Shown: one piece after another, positions 36,661 through 50,395 of the stretch | Layout of the letters: each line of letters starts with the position of its first letter | Numbering within the stretch: position 1 is the stretch's first letter | Assembly (NCBI GenBank): GCA_048013815.1 | Contig: CM106585.1 | Span: forward strand, 6,572,001 to 6,636,000 | Source of the DNA: Setoptus koraiensis | Taxonomy: Eukaryota > Animalia > Arthropoda | Length of the DNA: 64,000 bases | Direction: 5' to 3' | Program-made: the position numbers and the translations under genes | The notes under the pieces: model-generated | The model's input: the letters and a program-made list of their open reading frames with translations, nothing else | Told to the model about the DNA's origin: nothing | Databases searched by the model: none

Positions 36661-39600
36661 CCAGTTTGCGCGACTCTGCGCGACTCTGCGCAGCCAGTGG
36701 CGGCCGGGAAGCGTGACGGTCGTGATGTTGCGCAACGCCAGATATAAATAATTCCCATTATTGCTGTTATTGTCGATAATTGGCGCTTGCGAGGCCACGA
36801 CTGCAGCGCCACATACAGCACAAACGGCACACAAAGCGGGCCATTGTTCGTCGCGGGGCGACCCGAGTCGACCGGTCGGGCCGGCGCGGCGCGCCGAAAT
36901 TGATTGCGAGATTGGGCAGCGTCGAGCGACCGGTCGATTGTTGCGCAAGATCGGTGACGCTCGACTCGAGGCTCGAGCGGCTCGAGTGTCGAGCGACCAT
37001 TTTTATTTTTATTTTTATTTTGGTATCTGTGTTTTCATTTGTATTTTGGTATTTGTATTCTTATTTTGATTTGTATTTGTGTTTGTGTTTATACATGCGC
37101 TTGTGTCGCCACTTGTCGCTGCGCCGTTCGCGGTTTGCGGCGTCGTCGTCGTCGGCGGCGGCCGTGAGCCGCCGAGTGCGGACACAAACAACAGGTGAAT
37201 TCGGTCACTTGCGCTTCATTGTGTCGAGGCAACAGGTAAGCGCCGTTGCCGGGCAACAGCGGTGGTCTATTGGCCGGTAACAAGCCACAAACAAGATGAG
37301 ATTCATCACGCTAATGATGGCTGCGGTTGCTCGCTCATCATGACGAGCTGTCATTGATGTTGCGCAACAGCGACCACTTGCGCAGATCACACAAATAGAT
37401 AGACGCGCGCTGCTCAATTGTTGTCATCATTATCGTGATTGTTGTTTTTTAAGCGCCGACTTTTTCCACACCCGCCAACCTGTTTCGGGCCGGCCGCTCG
37501 CGAGTTTGCGGGCTTGTGGGCTTGCGGGCTTGCAAGCTGGTGAGCCTGTGAGCTGTTGAGTGTGCCCACCGGCCGGCTCGATGGCGCGGAACCGCCGGGC
37601 CAAGCGGACGGAGCGCGGAATGGCGCGGGACCGCCGGGCTAAGCGGACGGCGCCTTGTGCGCCGTCCGATCGGCGCACGAAAAGTGGAACGAACGCAAAA
37701 ATAAATACGAATGAGCTATCGTTGCGGCCAATTGCGATTTTATTTGCCCGACACCGAGCGGGCGCGCGGTGCGGTGCCGATCGCGGCAACAAATCACGGC
37801 CACTCAATCGCCAAGTGAATGGACTGTTTGTTTGAGCGCGCTGCCAGTTTGTTTGTTTGTTGCGCTCGTTGGCGGCCGTAATGATGATGATCGTTTAAGT
37901 CATCGTTATTCATCGCCGCCATTAGCGACACAACTCGGCCGAGGCTGCACAGGTAAATCAGGTAACACAGGTAAATCAGGCAACTCGGGTAACTCAAATG
38001 AGACAGCTAATAGAGCGAGCAAAGTTGGCGCTTGTTTGCCGGCAACGAGTCACTTTGCTCGCACTGCAACTTGTGCTCGCAGTCGCACAACTTGTCCAAA
38101 GTAGATATTTTGGCAGCTCGTTTAATAGCTCACTCACCTGGCTATTAGCCGGCTACCTGCTCAGGTGAATACAGGTAACAACAGGTAAACTTGTTCATTA
38201 TGTGTGCGTGTGTGTGCGCGGACAATCATCAGCGCGGTTGTGTCATTTGCATGATGATGATGATTGCTGTTTTGCCGGCCATTACATTTGTCGGCTGTAT
38301 CATACATATGTGAACATATCTGCGTATATGTGAATATCTGCTTATATGTGAATATCTGCCCATCTATGTGTGTCTCCATATCCGTGTATCGCGGGCCGCT
38401 GACATTATGCCGCACAAATCAGTTTGCTCGGGAGCCGCTAATGATGCTCCCGGCGCGGTCATTTCAATCGGCGCTCCGCCCGTCGCGTCGTGTGTAAACG
38501 TGTGTATGTATAAATATCAATGACTATCGCCACTAAAACGACCGGCCACTTAAATGATCATCGTCGGCCGCAACAACAACCTCGAGTCGCCCGATTCGAG
38601 CGATTATATTTGATTTTGGCGCCCTCCCCCTGCTGCACACCCGACCAACGCCGACGCTGGCCCTCGGTCGGGTGTGGCCGGCGGCCGGGCCGCCCCTCAC
38701 CTGAGGCCCTCGGCCGCGGCCATTCAATTGGCCGCCAGTGGCAACTAGATACTTTATTTATATTTATATTTACCTGTGTTTATCTGTATTTACCTGTATT
38801 TATCCGCTCTATGCGCGCCGCATGCACGTACGCCATATGTACGCCATATGCAGTATGTATGGCGAGATGAAAACACGAAATAAATGAAACTAATGCAAAA
38901 CTAATGAGTGAGAGAGATATCATTAAGTATGATGGATTTGTTGTCGCCGCTTAAATACTTGTTGCTGTTTAGCATTCGATTTGCACGCACACCCGCCGGC
39001 CCGGTCCGCCCGCCGGGCCGCCGCCTCGGCCCCGCTGACCACTGGTCATCGGCCAACCACTAATTATCTGCAGCGTCGGTCGTTTGTCGTCGTCGTTGTC
39101 GCTGTTTGTTGGCGTCGGTTGTTGGCGTCGGTTGCCGGCTCTGCCAATTGAACAATAGAACGCGCCAAGATGCGCCCTCAACGGACAGTCGCTTCGTTGT
39201 CACATCGGCTGTCACTTGTTGGTTGCGCCGTCACGACCGCACCGCGTGCGCAACTCCGCCCTCGTCCTCTTGCCCGAGCCGCTCGCCGCCCGCCGCACTG
39301 CGGCCCAAATTCATACCGACAATGAAAATTGCCCATTTGAAATCAGCAACAGTCCGATTGTTACAATCGTCCGCTGATTTCGACCACGCCTGCCCGGCCG
39401 GCCGGGCCGGCGCGTCGGGTGCCGCCAGCACGGAATCCAAAAAGCGGATCTAGATTGTTGCTGGCTCTTGTCAGCTCAATTGGCACTCTCTCAATTGTCG
39501 GGCCAATTGTTGTTGCGAGCCCCACAACAGCCGACAACAACTGGCGACAAGTGCTTACACGACCAAACAAGACAAACACTGGCCATTTAATGATCGGTTA

Positions 39601-40225
39601 CGTAAGTTTAGCAGCGTTATTGTCGCCGGCGCGGTGCAAATTGAATAAATGCAACAGCGCAGCCACGGCCACGCTGTTACGCGCTCACTTTTCCAACTCA
39701 ATTACCGTCGGCTTCAATTATGTCGTTGGCGTTGACTGTTGCATATCAAGAGTCACACTGTTTACACTGTCACTTGCGCCGGCAAACTGGCCACAAGTGT
39801 CAACTGTCACTCGCCGGCCAATCAGCTGACCGCTCACCTGGCGAGCGATACATTTGGCTGCTCACCCGTCAAAACTGGTGTCTGTCTGCATGAGACTCGA
39901 ATCAGCTGGGGCTGCCAGTCAGCTGCTTGCTGTCAGATTGGCGGGTGTCAGATGGGCGAAGGTCGGACATTGACAAGCGCGGGCGACACCGCACTTGACC
40001 ACTCACAAACGGACAATCATTCACCGGTCGCACAATTTGAGTGACGGTGGCGCCACCAGATGCGCACCGTCAAATCAAATTTAAAAGCAAATTTACCTGT
40101 TAACACAAAAACACTCTGACACGGACAATAGACAGTTATCGCTTGAGTCGTTTATTTTATCGTCATCGTTTAACAAGCATCTTTGCACTTGTTGTTGTTA
40201 TTGTAAATGTTGTTGATTTATTCCT

Positions 40226-40235
40226 TTGTTGTTGT

Positions 40236-40294
<59 letters not shown>

Positions 40295-40337
40295 TTGTTG
40301 TCGTCGTCGTTGTTGTTGTCGTTGTTGTTGTTGCTGT
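40226..40337. repeat. GTT/GCT compound microsatellite
   Basis: (GTTGCT)n core with GTT/GTC flanks. Confidence 0.95.
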
Positions 40338-40675
40338 TCTTTGCAGCACTCGCTGGCAGCGAGTCACTGGCCGATTGTGTCGGGCCGGCACGGACACACA
40401 ACTGTGATCAGGAGCGGCTCTGGTTCCTCTAGCGGGCCGTCGCAGCGGCGGCCCGTCTGTCCGCACACCCGACCGGTTGGTGTTGCAAGTGGCGCCACCA
40501 CCATTTGTTCTGCCCTCCTCCACAATGGGCACCCCGAGCGACGCTCGCCAGTGGCCGGCCGTTAATTGATTTACACGCTCCGCGCATCGCCCGTCAAAAC
40601 CGATTCTCGCGCCAATTGTCCCGCACGGGCGCTCGGTCTCAGGTGCCCGGTCAGCGCTCGGTCTCTGGCGCCCGG

Positions 40676-43600
40676 TCAGCGCTGGTTCATCTTGAAGCGC
40701 ACCAAAACAAACAGCAGCACCTTGAACAGCAACACGATGAGCACCAGGGCCAACAGGAAGCGCGTCAGGGTGCCCTCGTCTATTTCGCGCGCGTTCAGTA
40801 TGTAGGGCTGCACGTCTTGGCACGACTTGATGTCGACGCCGTACGTGTTGGCTCGCGACAACTGCTTCGCCAGTAACTCAAACATATCCTCACTAGGGGG
40901 CTGAATAGTAGTAGTAGTGGTTGTCATAGTATTAGGAGTAACGCTGCCAGCTAATGATAGCAGCTGATCGGTGGTAGGTGGCGCTATCGTCGTTGTGTGC
41001 GACGATAACAATAGTTGACTACTAGCTGTTGCATTTAGTTGCTGTTGTGTCATAGGTGTCGCCACCAGGTAATTGGTGGCGCTGTCGTTGACTATCACAG
41101 GTGAATTGTTGTTGTTGTTGTTGTCGCCGCTAAACACAATGTTTGTGGTGTCTTGTTGCGATTGTTGTTGTTGTTGTTGTTGTTGCTGTTGTCCGGAGGG
41201 CAAATAGGGCGATTCGGTGGCGAGCGCCATCTGACGGTTTTGGTCCATGTAAAAGTTCATCAACGATCTCAGCTGCTGGGGTATGCCCACTATCTGAATG
41301 GGCCGGTCGGGCGTTTGCATGAGGTCCGTCTCTTGGCAGGGGCACATGCCAAAGCCGTACCTAATGGACAGAATGGACTCAATGCCCAGCCGGTATATGG
41401 AGGCAAACGATAGTACCCGCAAGAAGGGCGGCAATTCGCTGACGCGGGTAGTGAAACCCGACAACAGTATCCAGGGTAGCGAGGCCGCTTGCGACACAAA
41501 TACCGCCGTCTTGACGTCGTTCATGAACGCGGCCCCAAACATGAGGCCCTGAGTTTGGGATATGAGCGAGCACAGTGTCATGACGAGCGTCATGGCCAGC
41601 ATGCGCCAATTGAGATAAGATACGGGCTGATTGGTCATGGGGTACAACAGGGTCATTGTGAGCAGGGGCATTGTTAGCTCCAGGGGTAGATCGGCCATTG
41701 TTTTGGCCATAACAAACCGGCCCGACGAGTACCAGCCATTTCCGGTTTCTTTCATCAGTATGTGCATGTTGAGCGGAAATGAGAGCGCCGTGAGCGCAAG
41801 TACGCACATGGAAAAGCTGTATAGTAACACGAAGAATAGCGACGTATTTTCGAAGGTCAATATGAGCTCGTTGTGTTGGTGTTGCATTCGTTGCACCGTC
41901 TCGTCGGAGCCCATTTGCCCGAAGTCGAATTCGCGCTCCACAAACGGGCACGCGTTTGCGCTGCCCGACTTGGCGCTATATATCACAGCCATTATGAACG
42001 GTATCACTAAATGAAACAAAATCCGCGTTCCGGTCAGCAGCGGGTCGCGCCACATCGACAGCCACGTGCGACAGGTGAGCAGGCGCACGTGCAACCAAAA
42101 GGTGCCCTGGTGATTGTTGTAGCGGCGCCATTTGAGTCGGCGCGACACGCGCAACTCACGGTGACCGGCGCTGGAGGCGCCCCCGCCCGACGAACACTTT
42201 ACTGACTTTTGTGAGGGGCCGCGGGCAGCCGACGATGCCGAGCTGGAGGGCGCCGCCGAGCTAATGCCGCTACTGCGGCTACTACGGTCAGAATGTTGAT
42301 CGTCCATCATTACCTCACTGCCATCTAGTGACACCGTTGTCGACTGCTGGCCCTGCCGCTGCTCGTTGTTGCAAGCACTACTGGCGCCGGCGGTCGCCTG
42401 GTGGCCAGTTCCGGCGCCCACGGATGTGGTGCTGTTGGCGGTGCTGCCGCCGCCGCCGCCACCCGTAACGTAGTAACGGGCCATAAAATTGTCTCGCTGC
42501 AACGCCGACAGCGCCTCTATAGGCTCCTGGCCGTACTCCTCCGAGGCCAGTTCTATTATGAATGAGGCCGGATTTGAGTGATTTATGGCTATGAGATTGT
42601 CGGGCAACAATTGTTTGCAACATTGGCCTATTGTGGGCGCCAGCATCAACGGGGGTCCCTCGTATATGCACTGGCCCATGTTTGACAGAATGTACACATG
42701 ATGAAACAAGTTGAATATCTTGCTCTCGGGCTGATGAATGGTCATGACAACGGCCAGCGGCAATATGAGGCCCTTTCTAGATAGATTAACCAAATCCTGT
42801 AACACGGACACCGTGTGAAAACAATTGAACGAATCCAAACCGGAAGTGGGCTCGTCCAAAATGAGTATGTCCGGATTGGAGAGGAGCTCTTGAGCTATGG
42901 ATACGCGCTTGTGTTGGCCGCCTGAGATCTTGTTCGTTCTCAGATGGAGGCAGCTCCTCAGGCGCAGCATGTCCACCACCTATCGCCCGTTGCGTCAACG
43001 AGAATTGCGTCAACGAGAATTGCGTCAACGAGAATTGCGTCAACGAGAATCGCGTCAACGAGAATCGCGTCAATGAGAAGGGTCAATTAGCCAAGACGGA
43101 ATAGATTCATTAGTGAGAATGTAATTAGCGAACAATGTTAGCGATAATAATATTTTGCCGCAAATGGGTCGCCTTGCTCACCCTGTCGACGTTGTTGTCG
43201 TGGTCGAAGTTTTGCGTCGTGTTCTTTATTCGCGAGGCAAAGGTCAGGTTCTCCATGACGGTCAGGTGCTCCAGCAGGTAATCTGCGCCGGGTTTCAATA
43301 AGATTAATTAGAATGAAATCATCGTATTATTTATCAGTTATAATCATATTATTTTAGTGTATGGTTGCGACTAGCGGACGGGGCGCGCAACAACGTCTGA
43401 CACAACACCGACGACTCACCTTGCTGGGGTATCATGCACAATTTGAGCCGCTGGCGGTCGCGCGAGCCCCCGCTCACCTCGATGCAACCGTTCAGTCCGC
43501 GCCCGCCCATGTTGTTGGTGAGACACTTGAGCAGGGTTGTCTTGCCGGCCCCGCTGGGCCCCAGAATGGCGGTCAGTTCGCCAGATCTGATGCAACCATT

Positions 43601-44081
43601 TAAATTTGAGAATATTGTTCGTCTGGCCTGGTAGCCGGCGCCAGTGGAGGAGGCGGGGGCGGCGGCGTTGGTGGCGGCACCTGTCGTGCCCGTAGTTAGT
43701 TGACTGTCGGTATGGGGGTATTGGGGCACTAAATTTGAGCTTAAATTATCTGATTTGCCGATCATGGCGCTGTTGTGCTGGTGGTGCACTTGTTGCTGCT
43801 GCTCTGGCTTGTTTAGACGGCCGCCGTCAACCACCAAAACGAGCGGATCTTGCATGGCCGAGCTTGCACTTGTCGGCGTTGTAGTTGCTGTTGTGGTTGA
43901 TGTTGTTGTTGATGCGGTTGTTGCGCGATGCAATTTGGTCGACACCAAGTGGGTCAATTTGTGCAAAGAATGCGCGCATCGCTCGGAGAATCTCTTTGGC
44001 ACCTTGTAGGTGAGACGGCGCCAAACGATTTCAAATTGTTGCTGATTGTCCGTTGCGTCGTCGCGATCTCGCTCATCGCGA

Positions 44082-44119
<38 letters not shown>

Positions 44120-44267
44120 TATTATGTCATCGGTGAACATTATGGCTCCGGCGTGCATGATTGAGGCGGTCGTTGTGTGCGACCGGCCCGAATCGTTGCT
44201 GCTCGAGCTGCGCCGGAAGCCGCCAGAGGTCAGGTTGAGACTGTCGGAGGAACCCGTCGAGGGACAT

Positions 44268-44302
<35 letters not shown>

Positions 44303-44658
44303 CTCGTTGTTTATTGTGATTACTGTGCTGCCGTGCCGACTAGCGGCCGTCAATTGCTGCAACTTGTTGCCCACTGTCGCCGGCATCGGGCCGGCCGACG
44401 GTGACGCAACTCGGGCCGCATCATTGCAGTCGAGTTTGTCGTTGTTGTTGTTGTTGATGCTCGTCACTGAGGCGCTTCGTTGTTTGAGCGCGATGCTGCG
44501 CCGCCGCTTGCACAACTTTGACTTTTGCAATGACCGGCACGAGCTCGCCAACGACCCCTGTCGGCCCAACAAAATATCACTTTTTGTTGGCATTGCGCGA
44601 TTGTTTACATCGGCGCCGTTGCTGCTGTTGTTGCTGATAATGTTGTTGTTGTTGTTGT

Positions 44659-44705
<47 letters not shown>

Positions 44706-44827
44706 TTGTCGCTGCTGTCTCTGCTGTCGCAGTTGTTGCTGTTATTGTTGTTGTTGGCGAGCGGCTTGGCCAGCATTTGTGGGCACTGTTGCCGTTGGCC
44801 GAGATTGTCGTTGTCCGTCCTAACCAT
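40676..44827 (-). CDS. ABC transporter subfamily G half-transporter, 3 exons, about 1,270 aa
   Basis: Exons 44827-43420, 43282-43182 and 42979-40676 (introns 43419-43283 and 43181-42980, GT-AG, frame consistent). Walker A GPSGAGKT, Q-loop MIPQQDYLLEHLTV, signature ISGGQHKRVSIA, Walker B ILILDEPTSGLD, H-loop TIHQP, then a C-terminal multi-pass membrane domain (NBD-TMD order). Confidence 0.93.
42991..43080. repeat. 15-bp minisatellite TGCGTCAACGAGAAT, 6 copies, in ABCG intron 2
   Basis: Six tandem units ending 11 nt from the 3' splice site. Confidence 0.95.
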
Positions 44828-45899
44828 TATTGATACACTCACTCGACTATCAATCGACCCTGTCGCAGTGTTGCGTAATGTGCCTGTGCGTCTGTAACTA
44901 ACTAATCAACTAATAAACTATTGTCGCACGAACATCAATTTTTGTTGTGTCTCACTATTGCGCAATATGAGCGTTTGTGGCGTATTCTCGCTAATTAACT
45001 GCTATCAAACTGCTGACAAACTGACAATATCTCTTCTTTGCAAATTAAGAAATCTCTTTGGTGCGTTAATATGGTTACCTAATATCGGTGTGTCGTAATA
45101 AACAAATATTACTATTATTAATTATGGTTGAACTGTGTCGTCTTAGACAGTCTACGGGTGTGTGTGTCGGCGACTCGTCTGGCCCGCTTCGCTGCAGGTA
45201 ACTATAAGTAAACTTGACTTTGCTCTCTGTCGCTGTCCTCAGCAAACATATTGCTGCTGGTCAGCAGTATTATTAGGTAATGTTATTAGGTAATAGGCAC
45301 AGGTCACTGGTGGTTGCTCGTAGACGACTTGCGCAACGAATGGCACACGATGGCACTACTCGTCTAGACAGCGGCCAGTTGGAGCGAGTCGTAGTGGTCA
45401 GTTTGGCTGGCGAGCGCGAGTGTGTGTGTGTGTGTGTGTGTTATAATAGAGAATAGAGAATAAAGAATCACCAAGTGTGTGTGTGTGTGTAATAGGCGAA
45501 AAGTTTCAAGTTTATCGGCCGACTATCGGTGGTTGCTGTTGGCTTGCCGTTGTCGCTGCTATCCGGCGTCGGGCTGTTATCGGTTGTTGTCTGTTGTTGT
45601 TGCTGGCGAGTTTATTGGGCACAACAAGACTCGTATGACAGTGAAAAATACCGACTAACAGCGCGTTTGTTGTGTGTTTGCTGTGTGTTGCGCAACTTTT
45701 CACCTGGACGCAGAGACTCTCTGCACTCGCTGGCCACTTCCTAACCGACGGCCAACAGTAACAGTGCAACGGCCAATCGAAACTGGACTTGTTGTTGCAG
45801 TGGTCAGTTCGAGACGCGGCGACAGTAAGAGTAACAACAGGTTGCCCGCCTTGACGCCCTCGCCAATCTTGTTGCCGGACACCAACTATGCCGCCTGCC

Positions 45900-46140
<241 letters not shown>

Positions 46141-48420
46141 CGTCTGTCCAGCCACCTACAACAGGTAGATTATCTCTGCTTGACCATACAATGTTGTTGT
46201 CGCTGTTGTTGAATATATTACTCACAACAGCAACGATACGCGAACTGCGTGCTACTTCGCTTACCTGTGCGCAGATCGAAGGCACCTGTCGCGCTATGTT
46301 GGCCGATATGTGTGTGTGTGTGTGTGTGTGTGTGTATCAACAGGTTTCTCCTGTCGACAGTGCGAGCCTCCCACTCCGCCTGTCAGATTGTGATGCTGTT
46401 ACTGTGTTGCGCAACACAGTCAGCGATTCACTGTCAATGGTTCCAGCGGTTACAGTGGACTCAATGGCATGCGCAACTTCCGCGATTAATGAGCGGCCGG
46501 CCAGCTATCGGGTAGCAGCTGTAATCAAGCGAGCTGCTAAGGTCAGTGCCAATTATCTGTTATCTGCTGGCTCGCTGTGTTAGTGGATATGGATATCTGA
46601 ACGTTTGTTGCGTAACACTAGCCGGCTATTTGGCTCACTGACTGACTGGCCGGCTGGCTGCTGGCTGCTGGCAAGTCGCAGCGTTTCAGCAAAGCTTGAC
46701 CAATCGACGATAAACACTGGCCGAGTTGCGCTGTGTTTTGATTAATTGGATGATTTGATTTGAATCGCAATTGATTTGTATTTGAATGTGAACGGATTTG
46801 AATATGAGTTGATCTCAATTTGAATCTGAATCGATTTGAATCTGAATCGATGCCTGGCCCAGTTAACTGGCGCTCAAACTCGGGCCTCGATCGGACGACG
46901 CGATCGCATTTTGCGCACACAAATCTGGTCGCTTTTGTTGATATTTATCCGTTTGTCCTCGTATCGTCGGCTTTAATTTCCGCTGACACTAGCACGCAGC
47001 ATGCAGCTTGACGCGTCCAATAATGAGTAACGTTATTCTAATTATTTTCTTGGCTTCGCTGGGCTTTTCTCGGACTGTTGTGCGTTCACTTGACACTTTG
47101 CGAGATATATTATTTGAATCTGACAATTGGGCTGCCACGATCGTTTGTCGCTATCGTCGCTATCGTCGATGTCGAGCTACAGCTGGTAAATCGCAGGTTG
47201 TGAGTTGAATTCAAGTGAATTTTGTGACAAATTGTAAGTTGAATTCAAGTGAATTTTGTGACAATTGTTTGCATAAATTGTTGGCTGGGCGAAATTGTTT
47301 TGTGCGTGGTTTGTGTGCTCACACAAACCGACGATTTTGTATCACATTAAGGGGCTCAATTTTATTTTATGAGTCTGGCGTGTCGCTGCCGATATTTATC
47401 CGTTTGTTTGTTGTCTGCTTGTCCGTTTGTTTATGCGTTCGTCTGTTTGCTGTCTGTTTATGCGTTCGTTTATCCCTCTCACTTGTTCGCTCATTCGCTT
47501 ATTGGCTTGTTCGCATATTCACCCATTCACTAGTTCACTCATTCACTTGTTGTAACTTATTAATAATAAGTTATTATACTCACAATCCAGCCGTAAGTGT
47601 AATTGCCGGCAACGTAATCAGACGTAGTCGTCCGGGCAAAATACCGTCGTCACCTGTTGCGCAACAAGCGAGCGATGGGCGCCAACAGTGCAAACACAAC
47701 AAGTAGCAATTGATTGTCGAGACAAGTTTGTTTGTGTGTGTGTGTGTGTGTTGTGACGCACACGCCAACAGGATGTGAGGATAATAAGGATAAATAACAG
47801 GCGATAGTCGATAACTGATCACTGATCAACGACGACAACTCCCAGACTATTCAGGGCTGTCTCGGCTAATTAATATATGTATTGATTATAGCTAATTAAT
47901 GAGCAAATGATTGGTCGGGATTGGTGGCTTGTGTGTTGCGCTGGCCGGTTGCTTGTTGTTGCTGTCGCTGTTGTTGTTGCTGTTGTTGTCGTTGTTGCTG
48001 TTGTTGTCGCTGTTGTCGTTGTTGTTGTTGCTGTCGTTGTTGCTGTTGTGGGGTATTGTTCGGTTACAATGTTCGGACTGTTACAATGGTCACAATTGTT
48101 GCATGCTTGTTGCCGCTTGTTGCTCGCTAAAACTGCATTGCGTAACGGTGTGTCGAGTGTGTGTTTGTTGTTGTTGCCGTTATGCAACTTGCGCAAGGTA
48201 AGACGGTGTCGCTGTTGTGGACACAACAAACAACAGTGATATTATGTTATATTGTTTATAAATGTGTGTGTGTGTCGAGCAGTTTAAATCGAGCGGCGAG
48301 AGTCGTTGCCACAACTGGCTGGCCCATTAAATAGTAACGACACTCTCGCTCGCTCGTCTCATCGTGTGTGTGTGTGTGGCTCATTCACTCGCCGGCGATC
48401 ATTGATCGCAGCGTCTATTT

Positions 48421-48615
48421 TCACAACAACAGCAACAACGACAGCAACAACAGCAGCAACAGCAACGACAGCAACAACAGCAGCAACAACGACAGCAACA
48501 ACAACAACAACAACAGCAACAACGACAGCAACAACAACAACGACAACAGCGACAACAACAGCAACAACGACAACAACAGCAACAACAGCAACAACAACAG
48601 CAACAACAGCAACGA
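48421..48615. repeat. AAC/AGC/GAC compound microsatellite
   Basis: Read directly. Confidence 0.95.
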
Positions 48616-49881
48616 CCGATCCCGTGTTGTAACGACAACAACGACGAACGTAAAAGTGGCGACAATAAAAGAAACGACAACGACAATTGGCGAGCGACAC
48701 GGCTGGCAATAGGGCAACAAATAAACTTGTGACAGCACACTCACATTGGCACTCACAAGGCTCGATTCGTGTTAGATGGCAGATTGAGACAGGCCGACTA
48801 TTTAAATTATCTCTCATGGTTCAATGGCCAAAAAACAATTATCAGGCTGCTGTTATTAGTTGCCAACTTGGCGCCATATTGTCGCCGGCAAGATGATTCA
48901 GCGCCCCTGTCGGTCAATGGCTCCGGCTTCTCGGCGAGAACTTCTCGTTCGGCTCGCTCATTTTGTGTTGGCGAGCCTTCGAGCGGGTCGCTTCGAGCGG
49001 GTCGCTTCGAGCGGGTCGCTTCGAAGGCTCGCCGTCTCGAACGCGCACAGGCGCAACAGTGTGCCTAATGGCAACAGTGTGCCCACTGGCGACTGTGTGC
49101 CCACTGGCGACTGTGTGCGTAATGGCGACTGTGCCCGGCGTTGCCCGGCTGCGCATCTCTCGAGCCCGCTCAAGGCTCTTTAAGTGTCAAGATTGTGCGA
49201 ATCGTTGATTGCGGCGCGGCGCGAACTCGCCCGCGAAGCCGCCGATTCGCGCGACAAGCCAATTCGCTCGACAAGCCGATTCGCGCGACAAGCCAAGGAC
49301 CGATCACTGGGCAGAGTTCGGGTCGCTGCGAGCGACTCGCAGCGACGCTGCTGCAAACAAGCCAACGAGCCAACGAGCCAACGAGCGACCAAAGCGAGGC
49401 AAACATTCGCGAACGGCATTCGCGTCGGGAATCGCGAGTCGACATGGCGTAAACTCGACGAATATCCGACGAGACGCACGGCAAGTTCAAGTGGAGCGAA
49501 CGCCCGAAATAGACTGTGCGGCGCACAAACAGCATGAGGGATAAAGTAATCGAGGAATAAAGTGATGGTGAGTTCAAGTGAGCTGTGAGCCCCACAATTA
49601 ATTATCTCAAGAGTGGCGACTGTAGTGCGGCGGGCGCCTCCAAATGACGACACTGCGCACCATTGCGTGCATTGACTGATTAATCACTTGTCAGTTACGT
49701 CACTGGGCTGTTTAGAGCGCACTGTGGCGACGTAAGCACACTACTGAAAGTCGCACGGAGGCGCACAGAATCGCCCCTCAAGTCGCTTGTTGTGCCGTCT
49801 GGCTAGCTTGTTGCTCACTGCATAACGCCACCGCAAAATGCCGTTATCAAGTGACGTCGTGGCAGTCGCTTTCGTCTAGCG

Positions 49882-49950
49882 GGCGAGTCGCTCACAATTT
49901 GCGAGTCGCTCACAATTTGCGAGTCGCTCACAATTTGCGAGTGGCTCACA
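49882..49950. repeat. 18-bp minisatellite GCGAGTCGCTCACAATTT, about 4 units
   Basis: Tandem units read directly. Confidence 0.9.
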
Positions 49951-50319
49951 ACAGGTGAACTGTGCAACGGTGCTAATGGACTCACCGTTTCCATTCGCAA
50001 TTGTTGAGCTCACCTGTCGTGCGCCGAGATAGTTGCGCAACTTGCAACATTGAAACTTTCAATGCTGTGTCAACATTGAACAGTTCAATCGATGGCGCTG
50101 AAACGGGTAACTGATGTTGGCCTCATAATATCAGGCTGATATCACTGACAACTGACAAGCGCAACTCGACGCTTCCTATTCCGACACACAGATCACAAAC
50201 AGGCGAGCACGTGCAATTTGCGCGTATATTTTTAATTTTATGCAACAATTTATCACGACACCGACTTTACATTCATCATCATCTAGATTGGGCTGTTGAT
50301 TCTGGCCCCTCGGACGCCT

Positions 50320-50395
50320 CATCACCAATGACTCATCACTAACGACTCATCACCAATGACTCATCACTAATGACCCGTCACTAATGAGTCGTCAT
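50320..50395. promoter_or_regulatory. 14-bp tandem array containing AP-1-type ATGACTCAT sites
   Basis: ATGACTCAT at 50328-50336 and 50356-50364, with degenerate copies in neighbouring units. Function is inferred. Confidence 0.4.
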
